This document shows positions 27,244 to 35,166 of a stretch of DNA of 37,363 bases, piece by piece (positions within the stretch are counted from its first letter, which is position 1; the number at the start of each line of letters is the position of its first letter). Below the pieces are notes generated by a model that saw only the letters and a list, made by a program, of their open reading frames with translations, did not search any database and was not told the origin of the DNA. The stretch spans positions 1-37,363 of the forward strand of contig JAKURS010000001.1 of assembly GCA_022449705.1 (NCBI GenBank), given 5' to 3'. The position numbers and the translations under genes are program-made. This stretch comes from Candidatus Poseidoniia archaeon. Its GTDB lineage: Archaea; Thermoplasmatota; Poseidoniia; MGIII; CG-Epi1.

Positions 27244-27359
27244 TCTGCCTATTACTTGGGTGAAACTCGATGGTAATCTCGATTCTGGCCGTAGATGACG
27301 ACCACGCAGTCCGAATCTCACTTTCTGTAATGTTCCGGAAATGGAACGACCTGGAACTT
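27169..27359 (+). repeat. Duplicated patch, copy B (PqqD-like tail remnant + promoter + first 90 nt of RR2)
   Basis: Hand alignment gives 61/74 nt identical over the gene tail and 79/90 nt identical over the first 90 nt of the two RR genes. Similarity collapses after ...ctggaactt. Confidence 0.8.
27237..27244 (+). promoter_or_regulatory. TATA box of RR2, overlapping the stop codon of the PqqD-like remnant
   Basis: attataat lies 26-33 nt upstream of ATG 27270 and is homologous to the end of the intact PqqD-like gene. Confidence 0.55.
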
Positions 27360-28223
27360 AGGGTCGCTACAAGCGCCGAGGACGCCTTGGTGATGCTCAG
27401 GGAGGAGAAGTACATGATGATGCTTTGTGATATCGACATGCCTGGCATGGATGGTCTGGAACTGCTTGAACATGTCAGACTTGAATATCCCGAGATGCCC
27501 GTGGTTATGCTGACAGGTAATCAAGACGTCTCAACACCGGTCAAGGCCTTCCGGATGGGAGCCATGGATTATCTACAGAAACCGATGCAGACTGCGGACG
27601 TGAGACAAGTCGTCGACAGGGCAATGGAGGTAAGGGAAAGGCAGACTGACGTGAAGGAGGGGATTATTGACATTGATGAGATGATGAGTATGGTAAAGGT
27701 AATCTCTTCCGAAAAGATGGGACTCGATAAGGCAGGAGCCAGTTCTGCCAAGTTCAGAAAAATTATTGAAGTAATGAACGAGAAACTGATTAATACCGCA
27801 AAACGTGGCAACATACACAATATATTTTTACTATCGAAAGCAGGTATCGTGATAGCCACAGTGACCACCAAAGCTGCAGTAAGTGACAAGGACACAGACA
27901 TAATGGGAAGTATGTTCAATGCCCTGAAGGAGTTCATGCAGGATGCTGTCAGCGATAGTTCCTCAGATGCACTGGACGACATCCAGTTCGGTGATTTTCA
28001 CGTGCGCTTCTGTACAGGAGCCTATTGTGATTTGGCAGTGATATACACTGGAAACTTGAGTATGAAGGCAGAGGATACAATGACGGATAGTCTGATAGCT
28101 TTTGAACTGTCCAACACAGCGGCTCTGGAAAACTGGAGTGGCGATATGGATGAACTACCTGCCGCCCAGGAAACTCTGGACCACCTATTCGCCAAGCTGG
28201 ATCGGGAACACAGCAATGAGTGA
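27270..28223 (+). CDS. Response regulator: REC domain fused to a Roadblock/LC7 (MglB-like)-type C-terminal domain, no HTH
   Basis: REC motifs: ILAVDDD, MLCDIDMPGMDG, VMLTG, DYLQKP. Residues ~160-290 show the alpha-beta-beta-alpha-beta-beta-alpha pattern (KFRKIIEVMNEKL / IHNIFLLSKAG / IVIATVTT / DIMGSMFNALKEFMQ / IQFGDFHVRFCTG / CDLAVIYTGN / AEDTMTDSLIAF). The TATA attataat (27237-27244) lies 26-33 nt upstream. Confidence 0.8.
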   Translation: MVISILAVDDDHAVRISLSVMFRKWNDLELRVATSAEDALVMLREEKYMMMLCDIDMPGMDGLELLEHVRLEYPEMPVVMLTGNQDVSTPVKAFRMGAMDYLQKPMQTADVRQVVDRAMEVRERQTDVKEGIIDIDEMMSMVKVISSEKMGLDKAGASSAKFRKIIEVMNEKLINTAKRGNIHNIFLLSKAGIVIATVTTKAAVSDKDTDIMGSMFNALKEFMQDAVSDSSSDALDDIQFGDFHVRFCTGAYCDLAVIYTGNLSMKAEDTMTDSLIAFELSNTAALENWSGDMDELPAAQETLDHLFAKLDREHSNE

Positions 28224-29667
28224 GTATTCCCCCGACGAGATAATTCGTAAGCTGGATTCTGAAATTGGCGAGATTAACACCAACCTTATGGATACAGTGA
28301 AGGCTAGGACCAAAAGTCTGACGGATAAGATTCAACAGGCTAATGAAGAAACGGAAAGTATTGCCAGGTTTCCTGAAGAGAACCCCCATTCCGTAATCAG
28401 GGCCACGAGGGCCGGAAAGATAATCTTCGCAAACCAGTCTGCCATAAAGACCCTCCTGGCTTCCCTGAAAGTCAAGGTTGGCGGGCAGGCGCCGGCTGGG
28501 CTCTGCGCGGACATCAACGAGGTAATGGGAAAAGAGGATTACATAGTCAAGGAGCATGTGATATCCGGGAGGATATACTCCTGCACCTTTGTTCCAGTAT
28601 CCGAGCATGATTACGTCAATATTTATGGTGTTGACGTTACTGACAGGCAAAAAGAGATTGAAAGCCTAGCCAGGTTCCCGGACGAAAATCCTCATTCGGT
28701 CTTCAGGATATCCGAGGACGGCACAGTGATATTTGCTAATGCGCCTGCTCGGGCGACGATATTGTCCGGACTCGACGTGGATGTGGGCGACAGGATCCCG
28801 GATGAGCTTCTGGAGATTGTTTCAGGCGTATTCGAGACAGGGAAATTCATGGATATGGACCACACAGTTGATGAGAGAATATATGCCTGTTCTTTCGTGC
28901 CGGTCACGAAGCATTCGTACGTAAATGTATATGGTGTGGACATAACGGAAAAGATAAAGGCCCAGGAGGAAGCGGAACAGGCCAATCAGGAGTTGATACA
29001 GGCCGAGAAGATGTCCAGCCTGGGTATCGTGATATCTGGTGTTGCCCACGAAATCCGTAACCCTCTGCAGGTAGTGATGGCCATGTCGGAGTCCATCGCC
29101 GAGGATGATGATCTGGAACGCATGCGTAGTGATGCAAAGGAGATAATTGACGCTTCCAAGAGAATGGCCAATATTGTCAATGACCTGTCAGGTCATGCCC
29201 GCGACGCACGCACCCTCGGAACATCAACTATCTACCTCAACGAGGTCGCTGACAAATCACTAGCCCTCTCTAAATATACCAGGAACCTGAACAAGGTAAA
29301 GATAGTAAAACAGTACGAAGACAAGCCGGTCGCCATAGGCAGCACATCAGAGATAACACAGATAATCACGAACTTCATCAATAATGGTGTGGACGCGATG
29401 GAATCAGTTGGGACTATTACCTTGGCAACAGGCATGGATGACGGGACGTGCTACATATCTGTGACCGACACGGGGACGGGGATGGATGAGGAAACCCAGA
29501 AGAAGATATTCGACCCATTCTTTACTACCAAGGAGGCTGGGAAAGGGACCGGTCTGGGCCTTCATGTCGTTAACAAGATAGTGACCAAGCACAAGGCCGA
29601 ACTGAAACTCGAGTCGACATTGGGCAAGGGTAGCACCTTCACGGTTATTTTTCCCAAAAAACCATAA
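28216..29667 (+). CDS. Soluble sensor histidine kinase (coiled coil + two PAS-like modules + HisKA + HATPase_c)
   Basis: ATG 28216 overlaps the RR2 stop (ATGAGTGA). There is no TM segment. H-box [12 protein letters not shown]-box [13 protein letters not shown]1 VTDTGTGM and G2 GTGLGL are present. The track ORF start at 28102 lies inside RR2. Confidence 0.88.
   Translation: MSEYSPDEIIRKLDSEIGEINTNLMDTVKARTKSLTDKIQQANEETESIARFPEENPHSVIRATRAGKIIFANQSAIKTLLASLKVKVGGQAPAGLCADINEVMGKEDYIVKEHVISGRIYSCTFVPVSEHDYVNIYGVDVTDRQKEIESLARFPDENPHSVFRISEDGTVIFANAPARATILSGLDVDVGDRIPDELLEIVSGVFETGKFMDMDHTVDERIYACSFVPVTKHSYVNVYGVDITEKIKAQEEAEQANQELIQAEKMSSLGIVISGVAHEIRNPLQVVMAMSESIAEDDDLERMRSDAKEIIDASKRMANIVNDLSGHARDARTLGTSTIYLNEVADKSLALSKYTRNLNKVKIVKQYEDKPVAIGSTSEITQIITNFINNGVDAMESVGTITLATGMDDGTCYISVTDTGTGMDEETQKKIFDPFFTTKEAGKGTGLGLHVVNKIVTKHKAELKLESTLGKGSTFTVIFPKKP
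28348..28959 (+). repeat. Two tandem 306-nt (102-aa) PAS-like sensor modules inside the kinase gene
   Basis: Module starts are [18 protein letters not shown] (28348) and [18 protein letters not shown] (28654). Both end ...Y(V)N(I/V)YGVD(V/I)T(D/E). gccaggtt occurs at 28363 and 28669. Confidence 0.8.
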
Positions 29668-29769
29668 TCTCCATGCAGGATTTAAGCGATAACCGCTCTC
29701 CCCGTCACCTGTGCCTTCAACTCTGGCTCCCGAAGCAGAACAGTTAAACGCGACAGCGGCTCGCCGCGC

Positions 29770-31044
29770 GTGGCGTTCGCCGGGCAGCTTATCATCGAGA
29801 ACCTTCCCAGGGACGAGAAGGGCAATTCGCTCTGCGTCCCGTGCCGCACCACCAAGCTGCTCTGCGGCAAGGAGCGCTGCCCGCTGCTGGTGCGGCTGCA
29901 CGCTCACCAGCGCACCCACACGCTGCTGACCGGCACCGAACTGGCGGGCGCGTCGCCGCCGTCGGTCTTTGTCGGGCGCTACGGCTATCCCAAGGTCAGT
30001 ATCGGGCCGATGCTCCCTCCGTTCGGGGGTGACACGTCGCTGCTCGACACTCCTGAACGCTGGGTGGGGCGCAAGATAGACGACATCGTCGACTTCCGCT
30101 CGCAGCTGGTGCGGACCCGGTTCCAGGTAAAGGAGCTGAATCCCGAGAAAGGAAACCGGATGGTACAGCGCACGCAGGAGCTGGCGATGGCAGCCACACC
30201 GCCGCACGTCGACGCCACCCTCCACCGGCCGCCGCAGGGGCAGATGCGCTACGGCGCGACTGTCCAGCCGATGGGCCCCTCGGCGCCGCTCAAGGCGTTC
30301 GACCGCGACACGGTGAAGGTTGACCGGCACATCGAGAAAGCACACTCTGACACCGACCTGCTGGCGCGCGACGCGCTCTCCGAGCTGCACGCCAAAGGGG
30401 TGCACACGTCGGCGATGAGTCGCGCCTTCTCTGTCGGCGCGTTCGGTGTCGGCAAGCGCCGCAAGCTGGTGCCGACGCGCTGGTCAATCACGGCAGTGGA
30501 CTCCACGCTGGGACTGAAGCTGCTGGAACGGACGCGCGAGCTGCCACTGCTAGGAGACTACCAGCTCCACGAATTTACCGGGCTCGACAACCGCTGGTCG
30601 GTGCTGCTGCTGCCGACCGAGTGGTGCTACGAACTCATTGAGGCGTGGTATCCCAACACGCTCTGGAACCCGCACCGCAGCGGCATCTCGATTTTCCACA
30701 GTTTCGAGCTCAACCGCGGACGCAAGGGCTACGCCGAAATCGGCGGCTGCTACTACGCCGCGCGGCTCGCTGTCAACGAGCATCTGCACCGGCTGGGGCG
30801 GCAGGCGGGTGTGGTCATCTTCCGCGAGGCTCACCCCGGCTACATCCTCCCCGTTGGGGTATGGAACGTGCGTGAGCACGTGCGGGAGGCTCTGCGGCAG
30901 CCGCCGCGCCGCTACGGGACCCTCGAGGAGGCGATGGCGCGCGTGGGGTTCACAATGGATATTCCCATGAAGCGCTGGATAGCGAACTCCGGCGTCCTGA
31001 AGGACCGTATGTTTCAGAAGCGGCTCGACGATTTTGAGGTGTGA
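29770..31044 (+). CDS. nreA: NreA-like archaeal DNA repair protein (DUF650/DUF651 type) with a C-terminal PIP-box-like motif
   Basis: Cys cluster CVPCRTTKLLCGKERCP, then PPSVFVGRYGYPKVSIGP and LVPTRWSITAVD blocks as I recall for the Nre family. It ends QKRLDDFEV. GTG start, with gttaaac about 25 nt upstream. Confidence 0.65.
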   Translation: MAFAGQLIIENLPRDEKGNSLCVPCRTTKLLCGKERCPLLVRLHAHQRTHTLLTGTELAGASPPSVFVGRYGYPKVSIGPMLPPFGGDTSLLDTPERWVGRKIDDIVDFRSQLVRTRFQVKELNPEKGNRMVQRTQELAMAATPPHVDATLHRPPQGQMRYGATVQPMGPSAPLKAFDRDTVKVDRHIEKAHSDTDLLARDALSELHAKGVHTSAMSRAFSVGAFGVGKRRKLVPTRWSITAVDSTLGLKLLERTRELPLLGDYQLHEFTGLDNRWSVLLLPTEWCYELIEAWYPNTLWNPHRSGISIFHSFELNRGRKGYAEIGGCYYAARLAVNEHLHRLGRQAGVVIFREAHPGYILPVGVWNVREHVREALRQPPRRYGTLEEAMARVGFTMDIPMKRWIANSGVLKDRMFQKRLDDFEV

Positions 31045-31082
31045 CAAGCGCTAAAGCGGGGGTGCGGCGTCGCGCCGCCGCC

Positions 31083-31155
31083 GCGGGCGTAGTGTAGTCT
31101 GGTATCACCGAGGCTTCCCAAGCCTCTAACCCGGGTTCGAATCCCGGCGCCCGCA
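31083..31155 (+). tRNA. tRNA-Gly (anticodon CCC)
   Basis: Hand-folded cloverleaf: acceptor GCGGGCG/CGCCCGC, D-arm with A14, G18G19 and A21, anticodon stem GAGGC/GCCTC, loop TTCCCAA, 4-nt variable loop, T-arm CCGGG-TTCGAAT-CCCGG, discriminator A. No CCA is encoded and there is no intron. Confidence 0.9.
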
Positions 31156-31205
31156 GTGTGCATTTACTCGCCAATTGGCTAATAGCGCATAAACCCTGCC
31201 AAGTC

Positions 31206-32291
31206 ATGCTCTGGCGGCGCTGGCGGCTCTGCGTGGGTTGGTTCAAGCGCTGGGCCGCCTGGGAGTTCTGGCCACCCTGGCTATTCTACCTGCCGCTGCT
31301 GCCGTGGCTGTTCCTGCTTGCAGTGCGCTATCGCGGTGTGACGGTGGTGACGGCGGTCAACCCCGGTATCACCCGCTTCGGCCGGTTCCTTGTCAACCGC
31401 AAATCGGCCAAGCTGGGCGCGCTGCCCCGCCGGTACGTTCCACCGTTCGTCCTGCTCCGGGCGGCTGACAGTCTGGCGGTCCGACTGGCGCAGGCGCGTG
31501 CCTTTGCCACGGAGCAGGGTTTGCCGGTAGTGCTGAAGCCCGATATCGGTGGCCGCGGCTCGGGGGTCTGGATTGTTAGGACCTCTGAGGAGCTGGAGCA
31601 GGATATCGCGCTGGTCGATTACGATGTCATACTGCAATCATTCGTGGATGGAGAGGAGTACGGCATATTCTGGGTCCGGCATCCCGGACGCCGGCGTGGA
31701 CGAATCGTTTCCATAACCAGGAAGGACCTCCCGTCCGTGACCGGCGACGGGATCCATTCGGTCGAGCAACTAATCCTCTCGCATCCCCGTGCGGTATGCT
31801 TCAGCCGGCTCCACTTGCGTAATCTCGGAGGACGCGCGCTTAAAATCCCCGCCAGCGGCGAAATAGTCCCGATTGGCGAACTGGGAACGCACAGCCGGGG
31901 AGCGCTGTTCCATGATGGCCGGGCAAGCTATACGAAGGAGCTCGAGCGGGAGTTCGAGTCGCTCACATCATCGCTGGAGGGATTCCATTTCGGCCGCTTC
32001 GACGTCATGGCTCCCTCCGTTTCCGCGCTGCAGAAAGGTGAGGTGCTCCAGATAATGGAACTGAATGCTTTGGGGGCAGAAATGACTCACATCTGGGACT
32101 CGCAGCTCGGACTGAGGAATGCCTGGCGGACCCTCAGGTGGCAGTGGCATATCGCCTACCACTTCGGTTACTGCAACAGCCTCGGGGGAGCTCCGGTGGC
32201 GACTTTCGGGGAAACAGTACAGGAACTGCTCGAGCTCTGGGAACTGCACCAGCGGCACGAGGCGGCCTCCAGCAAACGGGCAGCGGAATGA
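31206..32291 (+). CDS. ATP-grasp domain protein with an N-terminal hydrophobic anchor
   Basis: The N-terminus WEFWPPWLFYLPLLPWLFLLAV is followed by an ATP-grasp-like core (VVLKPDIGGRGSGVWIV, ILQSFVDGEEYGIFW, GRFDVM ... IMELN). The track start at 31158 (GTG) lies 2 nt after the tRNA, so I chose ATG 31206. Confidence 0.65.
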   Translation: MLWRRWRLCVGWFKRWAAWEFWPPWLFYLPLLPWLFLLAVRYRGVTVVTAVNPGITRFGRFLVNRKSAKLGALPRRYVPPFVLLRAADSLAVRLAQARAFATEQGLPVVLKPDIGGRGSGVWIVRTSEELEQDIALVDYDVILQSFVDGEEYGIFWVRHPGRRRGRIVSITRKDLPSVTGDGIHSVEQLILSHPRAVCFSRLHLRNLGGRALKIPASGEIVPIGELGTHSRGALFHDGRASYTKELEREFESLTSSLEGFHFGRFDVMAPSVSALQKGEVLQIMELNALGAEMTHIWDSQLGLRNAWRTLRWQWHIAYHFGYCNSLGGAPVATFGETVQELLELWELHQRHEAASSKRAAE

Positions 32292-32360
32292 CCTTGGGCC
32301 TGACTGAAACCGCTATGTTTCAGCGCGCCGTATAATTTAAGCCCCCGCGTGTGGCAAGGA

Positions 32361-33077
32361 GTGGACCCGGAACAGGAAAGACTGCTTCGCAATTTCCTGC
32401 TGGTGCGTACTTCGACGCTGCCTTCGCACCAGCAGCTGGTGAAGCGCCACTTTGCCCAGCATGAAAAGTTGATAGCTGAAGGTGAGCGCGAGTTTCCGCT
32501 TGAATTCATCAAGTATCTGCACCTTCTAGTGCCAGACATGCTGCTATGGAAGATTGCCAAGGAGGTTGCACTCTCACGCGAGGAAGGGCTCGAGCGGGCA
32601 GGGCTGCTGGCTGCGAGCCCGAAATACCGCACGCCAGAAATTGGCGAGCTGCTCTACGACGAGTGGGTCAGCCACGATGAGCTGGAGGCGAAAATCGGCA
32701 AGCTGGAGCGCAGTAAACACGGGCTGAACGCGTCGCCGCTGCACCGCTATTGTCGCGAGCACTCGAGTGAAGGCCGGATCTGGTCGCACCTGCACACCCA
32801 CCTGGACCCGGATGATATCCGAATCTCGCGCGCCGACAAGGTGGCGCATCGGTTGGGACCGCCTGCGTTCATCGCTGCTGCCAGCGAGGACGAGTCGCTG
32901 GCGCTGGTGCCCTATCGCATGGACTCGCGCGCCTACGACTCCGACGAGGAATTCGATTACCGCCACTTCGAAAACATCACGCTGGCAGTGCTGTGCGACC
33001 ACCCTGAAGCGCACGATTACTCGGTATTGAACCAGTTCCAGCAGTCAATCGAGGATGGGCTGGCGCGTGGCGGCTGA
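32361..33077 (+). CDS. Hypothetical protein, no recognised family
   Basis: The long ORF (track start GTG 32349) has genome-typical composition. I prefer GTG 32361 because the strong TATA tataatttaa (32331-32340) is centred about 26 nt upstream of it. The 3' end overlaps trmY. Confidence 0.5.
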   Translation: MDPEQERLLRNFLLVRTSTLPSHQQLVKRHFAQHEKLIAEGEREFPLEFIKYLHLLVPDMLLWKIAKEVALSREEGLERAGLLAASPKYRTPEIGELLYDEWVSHDELEAKIGKLERSKHGLNASPLHRYCREHSSEGRIWSHLHTHLDPDDIRISRADKVAHRLGPPAFIAAASEDESLALVPYRMDSRAYDSDEEFDYRHFENITLAVLCDHPEAHDYSVLNQFQQSIEDGLARGG

Positions 33078-33639
33078 GCGCAATTTCCTGATTCTGGGCC
33101 ACCGCGCGCACACCGTGCCCGACTGGAAGCTGGATGATCTGTGTGGCGGCGGCGGCCGGCTGGACGTGCTTGTGCGCTGTGTCACCGCCGCCATGTGGGT
33201 CTCGCACGGGTTGCGGCGCGACACTGATGTTTGGCTGCTGCTGCAGGGGCCTCCGGCACCACCAGTAGCAGTTCATTTCTGCGGCGCGACGGTGCGCTAC
33301 CTGAACCCCGACGAGCGCTCGACCGCGGCGCTTGTGCGCAACGGGCTGGTGAAGCTGCGCGACCGCGATTCTGTAGAGTCGAGCCCTGGCGTGACGCTGC
33401 ACCGCATCGACCTAGCGGAGCTCCTGACGCGGCTTCCGCCGGCGGTGCTGCTCGACGAGGCGGGTAACAGCAATGTGTTCCCGGAACTGCCGCTGACGCT
33501 GGTGCTCGGTGATGACCGTGACCCGACGGAGGAGGAGCGCGAGTCGCTGGCTGGCGCGCCGCGCATATGCCTGGGCGACCGCAGCCTGCTCTCGTCGGCG
33601 TGCATTACGTTAGCGCACCACGCGCTGGACGGGGCATAA
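33055..33639 (+). CDS. trmY: tRNA (pseudouridine54-N1)-methyltransferase TrmY (SPOUT, DUF358)
   Basis: NFLILGHRAHT ... DLCGGGGRLDVLVRCV ... SHGLRRDT ... NPDERS ... LGD...L pattern as recalled for TrmY. The start could instead be GTG 33067. Confidence 0.65.
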   Translation: MGWRVAAERNFLILGHRAHTVPDWKLDDLCGGGGRLDVLVRCVTAAMWVSHGLRRDTDVWLLLQGPPAPPVAVHFCGATVRYLNPDERSTAALVRNGLVKLRDRDSVESSPGVTLHRIDLAELLTRLPPAVLLDEAGNSNVFPELPLTLVLGDDRDPTEEERESLAGAPRICLGDRSLLSSACITLAHHALDGA

Positions 33640-33738
33640 TCTGCGTTGCCCCCAGCAGCAGGACTGTGTCGCAAGGCACGCGTTATGTGGTTTTGAACCG
33701 GGCGCAACCTGCATTAGTGGCAGCATCAATCATACCCC

Positions 33739-34623
33739 ATGACTCCTCGCTCCGTCGCTTCTGTCATCACCGCGCACCGGCAGCTGGAGGGTGGTGGTTT
33801 CCCCGTCCGGCGTCCGTTTCCGACCGCGAGTCTGGACCAGGTCGATCCGTTCCTGCTGCTGGACGAGATGGGTCCCGTGGAGTGGGCTCCGGGCGAAGCC
33901 ATTGGCGCACCGGACCATCCGCACCGTGGCTTCGAGACCGTGACCTATCTTCTAGAAGGCCACATGTGCCACCGTGACTCGTTCGGCCACGCTGGTGAAT
34001 TGCGAACAGGCGACGTGCAGTGGATGACCGCAGGTTCCGGGCTGGTTCATTCCGAAATGCCGCACCCCGATTTCCAGAAGCGCGGCGGGACCACGCACGG
34101 TTTCCAGATCTGGGTCAACCTGCCGCGCGACCGCAAGCTGATGGCACCGCGTTACCAGGAAATAGCGGCTGCCGAAATCCCGCTTGCAGAAAGCAATGAC
34201 GGGCTGGTGCATGCGCGAGTTATAGCTGGCGAGTCCCTGGGTGTCAGCGCCCGTATCGAGACTGTAATTCCCATTACCTTTCTCCACTTGACCATCGCTC
34301 CAGGCGGCGCACTCGAGCAGCCGCTGGTACCGGCGTTGAACGCCATGGTCTACTGCTTTGGGGGCGCCGGCGAGTTCGGTCCATATGGCACGCCAGCCAC
34401 CGATGGCCAGCTGGTATTTTTTGGTGATGGCGATGAGGCGCGCATTGCTGTCTCGCCCGATGCGACAGAACCTCTCCAGGCTCTGCTGCTGGCAGGTGCG
34501 CCACTCGGCGAGCCGGTCGCACGCTACGGACCATTCGTGATGAATACGCGCGACGAGCTGGTGCAGGCGATGCAGGACTTTGAGTCTGGCAAGATGGGAC
34601 GCATCGTGCCGGAACCGCAATAG
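33739..34623 (+). CDS. Pirin family protein
   Basis: GGGFPVRRPFP ... DPFLLLDEMGP ... HPHRGFETVTYLLEG ... HRDS.G ... GDVQWMTAGSGLVHSE, a canonical pirin bicupin. Confidence 0.9.
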   Translation: MTPRSVASVITAHRQLEGGGFPVRRPFPTASLDQVDPFLLLDEMGPVEWAPGEAIGAPDHPHRGFETVTYLLEGHMCHRDSFGHAGELRTGDVQWMTAGSGLVHSEMPHPDFQKRGGTTHGFQIWVNLPRDRKLMAPRYQEIAAAEIPLAESNDGLVHARVIAGESLGVSARIETVIPITFLHLTIAPGGALEQPLVPALNAMVYCFGGAGEFGPYGTPATDGQLVFFGDGDEARIAVSPDATEPLQALLLAGAPLGEPVARYGPFVMNTRDELVQAMQDFESGKMGRIVPEPQ

Positions 34624-34644
34624 CGCCCGCCTCGCTGCCCCGAC

Positions 34645-35118
34645 ATGCAACCGCTGCTGCGTGCGCTCCCGTTCAATCTGGCACTGCTCGTGGGCACCTA
34701 TGCAATTGCGTGGGGCGCCACGCTGGCCGATGCGCAGCTGGGGCAGCCGTCGCTGGTGCACCCCGTCGGGCTGGTCATCGGTGCACTGCTGGTGGCGCTG
34801 GGGTTGCGGCTGCGGCTCTTGGCGACCATTGCCTACTACAACCACGAGCTGGTCGTCGTGCGGTTGCGGCCGCAGCAGCGGCTGGTGACGAGTGGGATAT
34901 TCGCGCACCTGCGGAATCCGCTGCTGCAGGGGTGGTGGATGCTGCAAGCGGGCTGGGGATTGGTGCTCGGGACGCCAACGGGGCTGCTGCTGGTGCTTGC
35001 GCTCGGGGTGACACTGGACTTATGGGTCAAGTGGGAGGAGCTGACGCTGGCGGCCGAGTTCGGCGATGAATACGTCGCCTATAGCGCGCGGACGCCGCGC
35101 TGGGGCTGGCAGCGCTGA
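34645..35118 (+). CDS. Isoprenylcysteine carboxyl / phospholipid methyltransferase-family membrane protein
   Basis: Four to five TM segments. LVTSGIFAHLRNPLL followed by WEELTLAAEFGDEYVAYSARTPRW matches the ICMT/PEMT C-terminal signature. Confidence 0.65.
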   Translation: MQPLLRALPFNLALLVGTYAIAWGATLADAQLGQPSLVHPVGLVIGALLVALGLRLRLLATIAYYNHELVVVRLRPQQRLVTSGIFAHLRNPLLQGWWMLQAGWGLVLGTPTGLLLVLALGVTLDLWVKWEELTLAAEFGDEYVAYSARTPRWGWQR

Positions 35119-35166
35119 TTCGAGGAATGGCGGCGGTGGCTTAAGGAGCGGGACTGTTACTGCCAC

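Noticed and set aside
31083-31700. tRNA-Gly as an integration site (att duplication or integrase)
   Set aside because: I looked for a downstream direct repeat of the tRNA 3' end (ttcgaatcccggcgcccgc). I found only a short chance-level match (atcccgg at ~31681) and no integrase or recombinase gene, so a mobile-element call is not supported.
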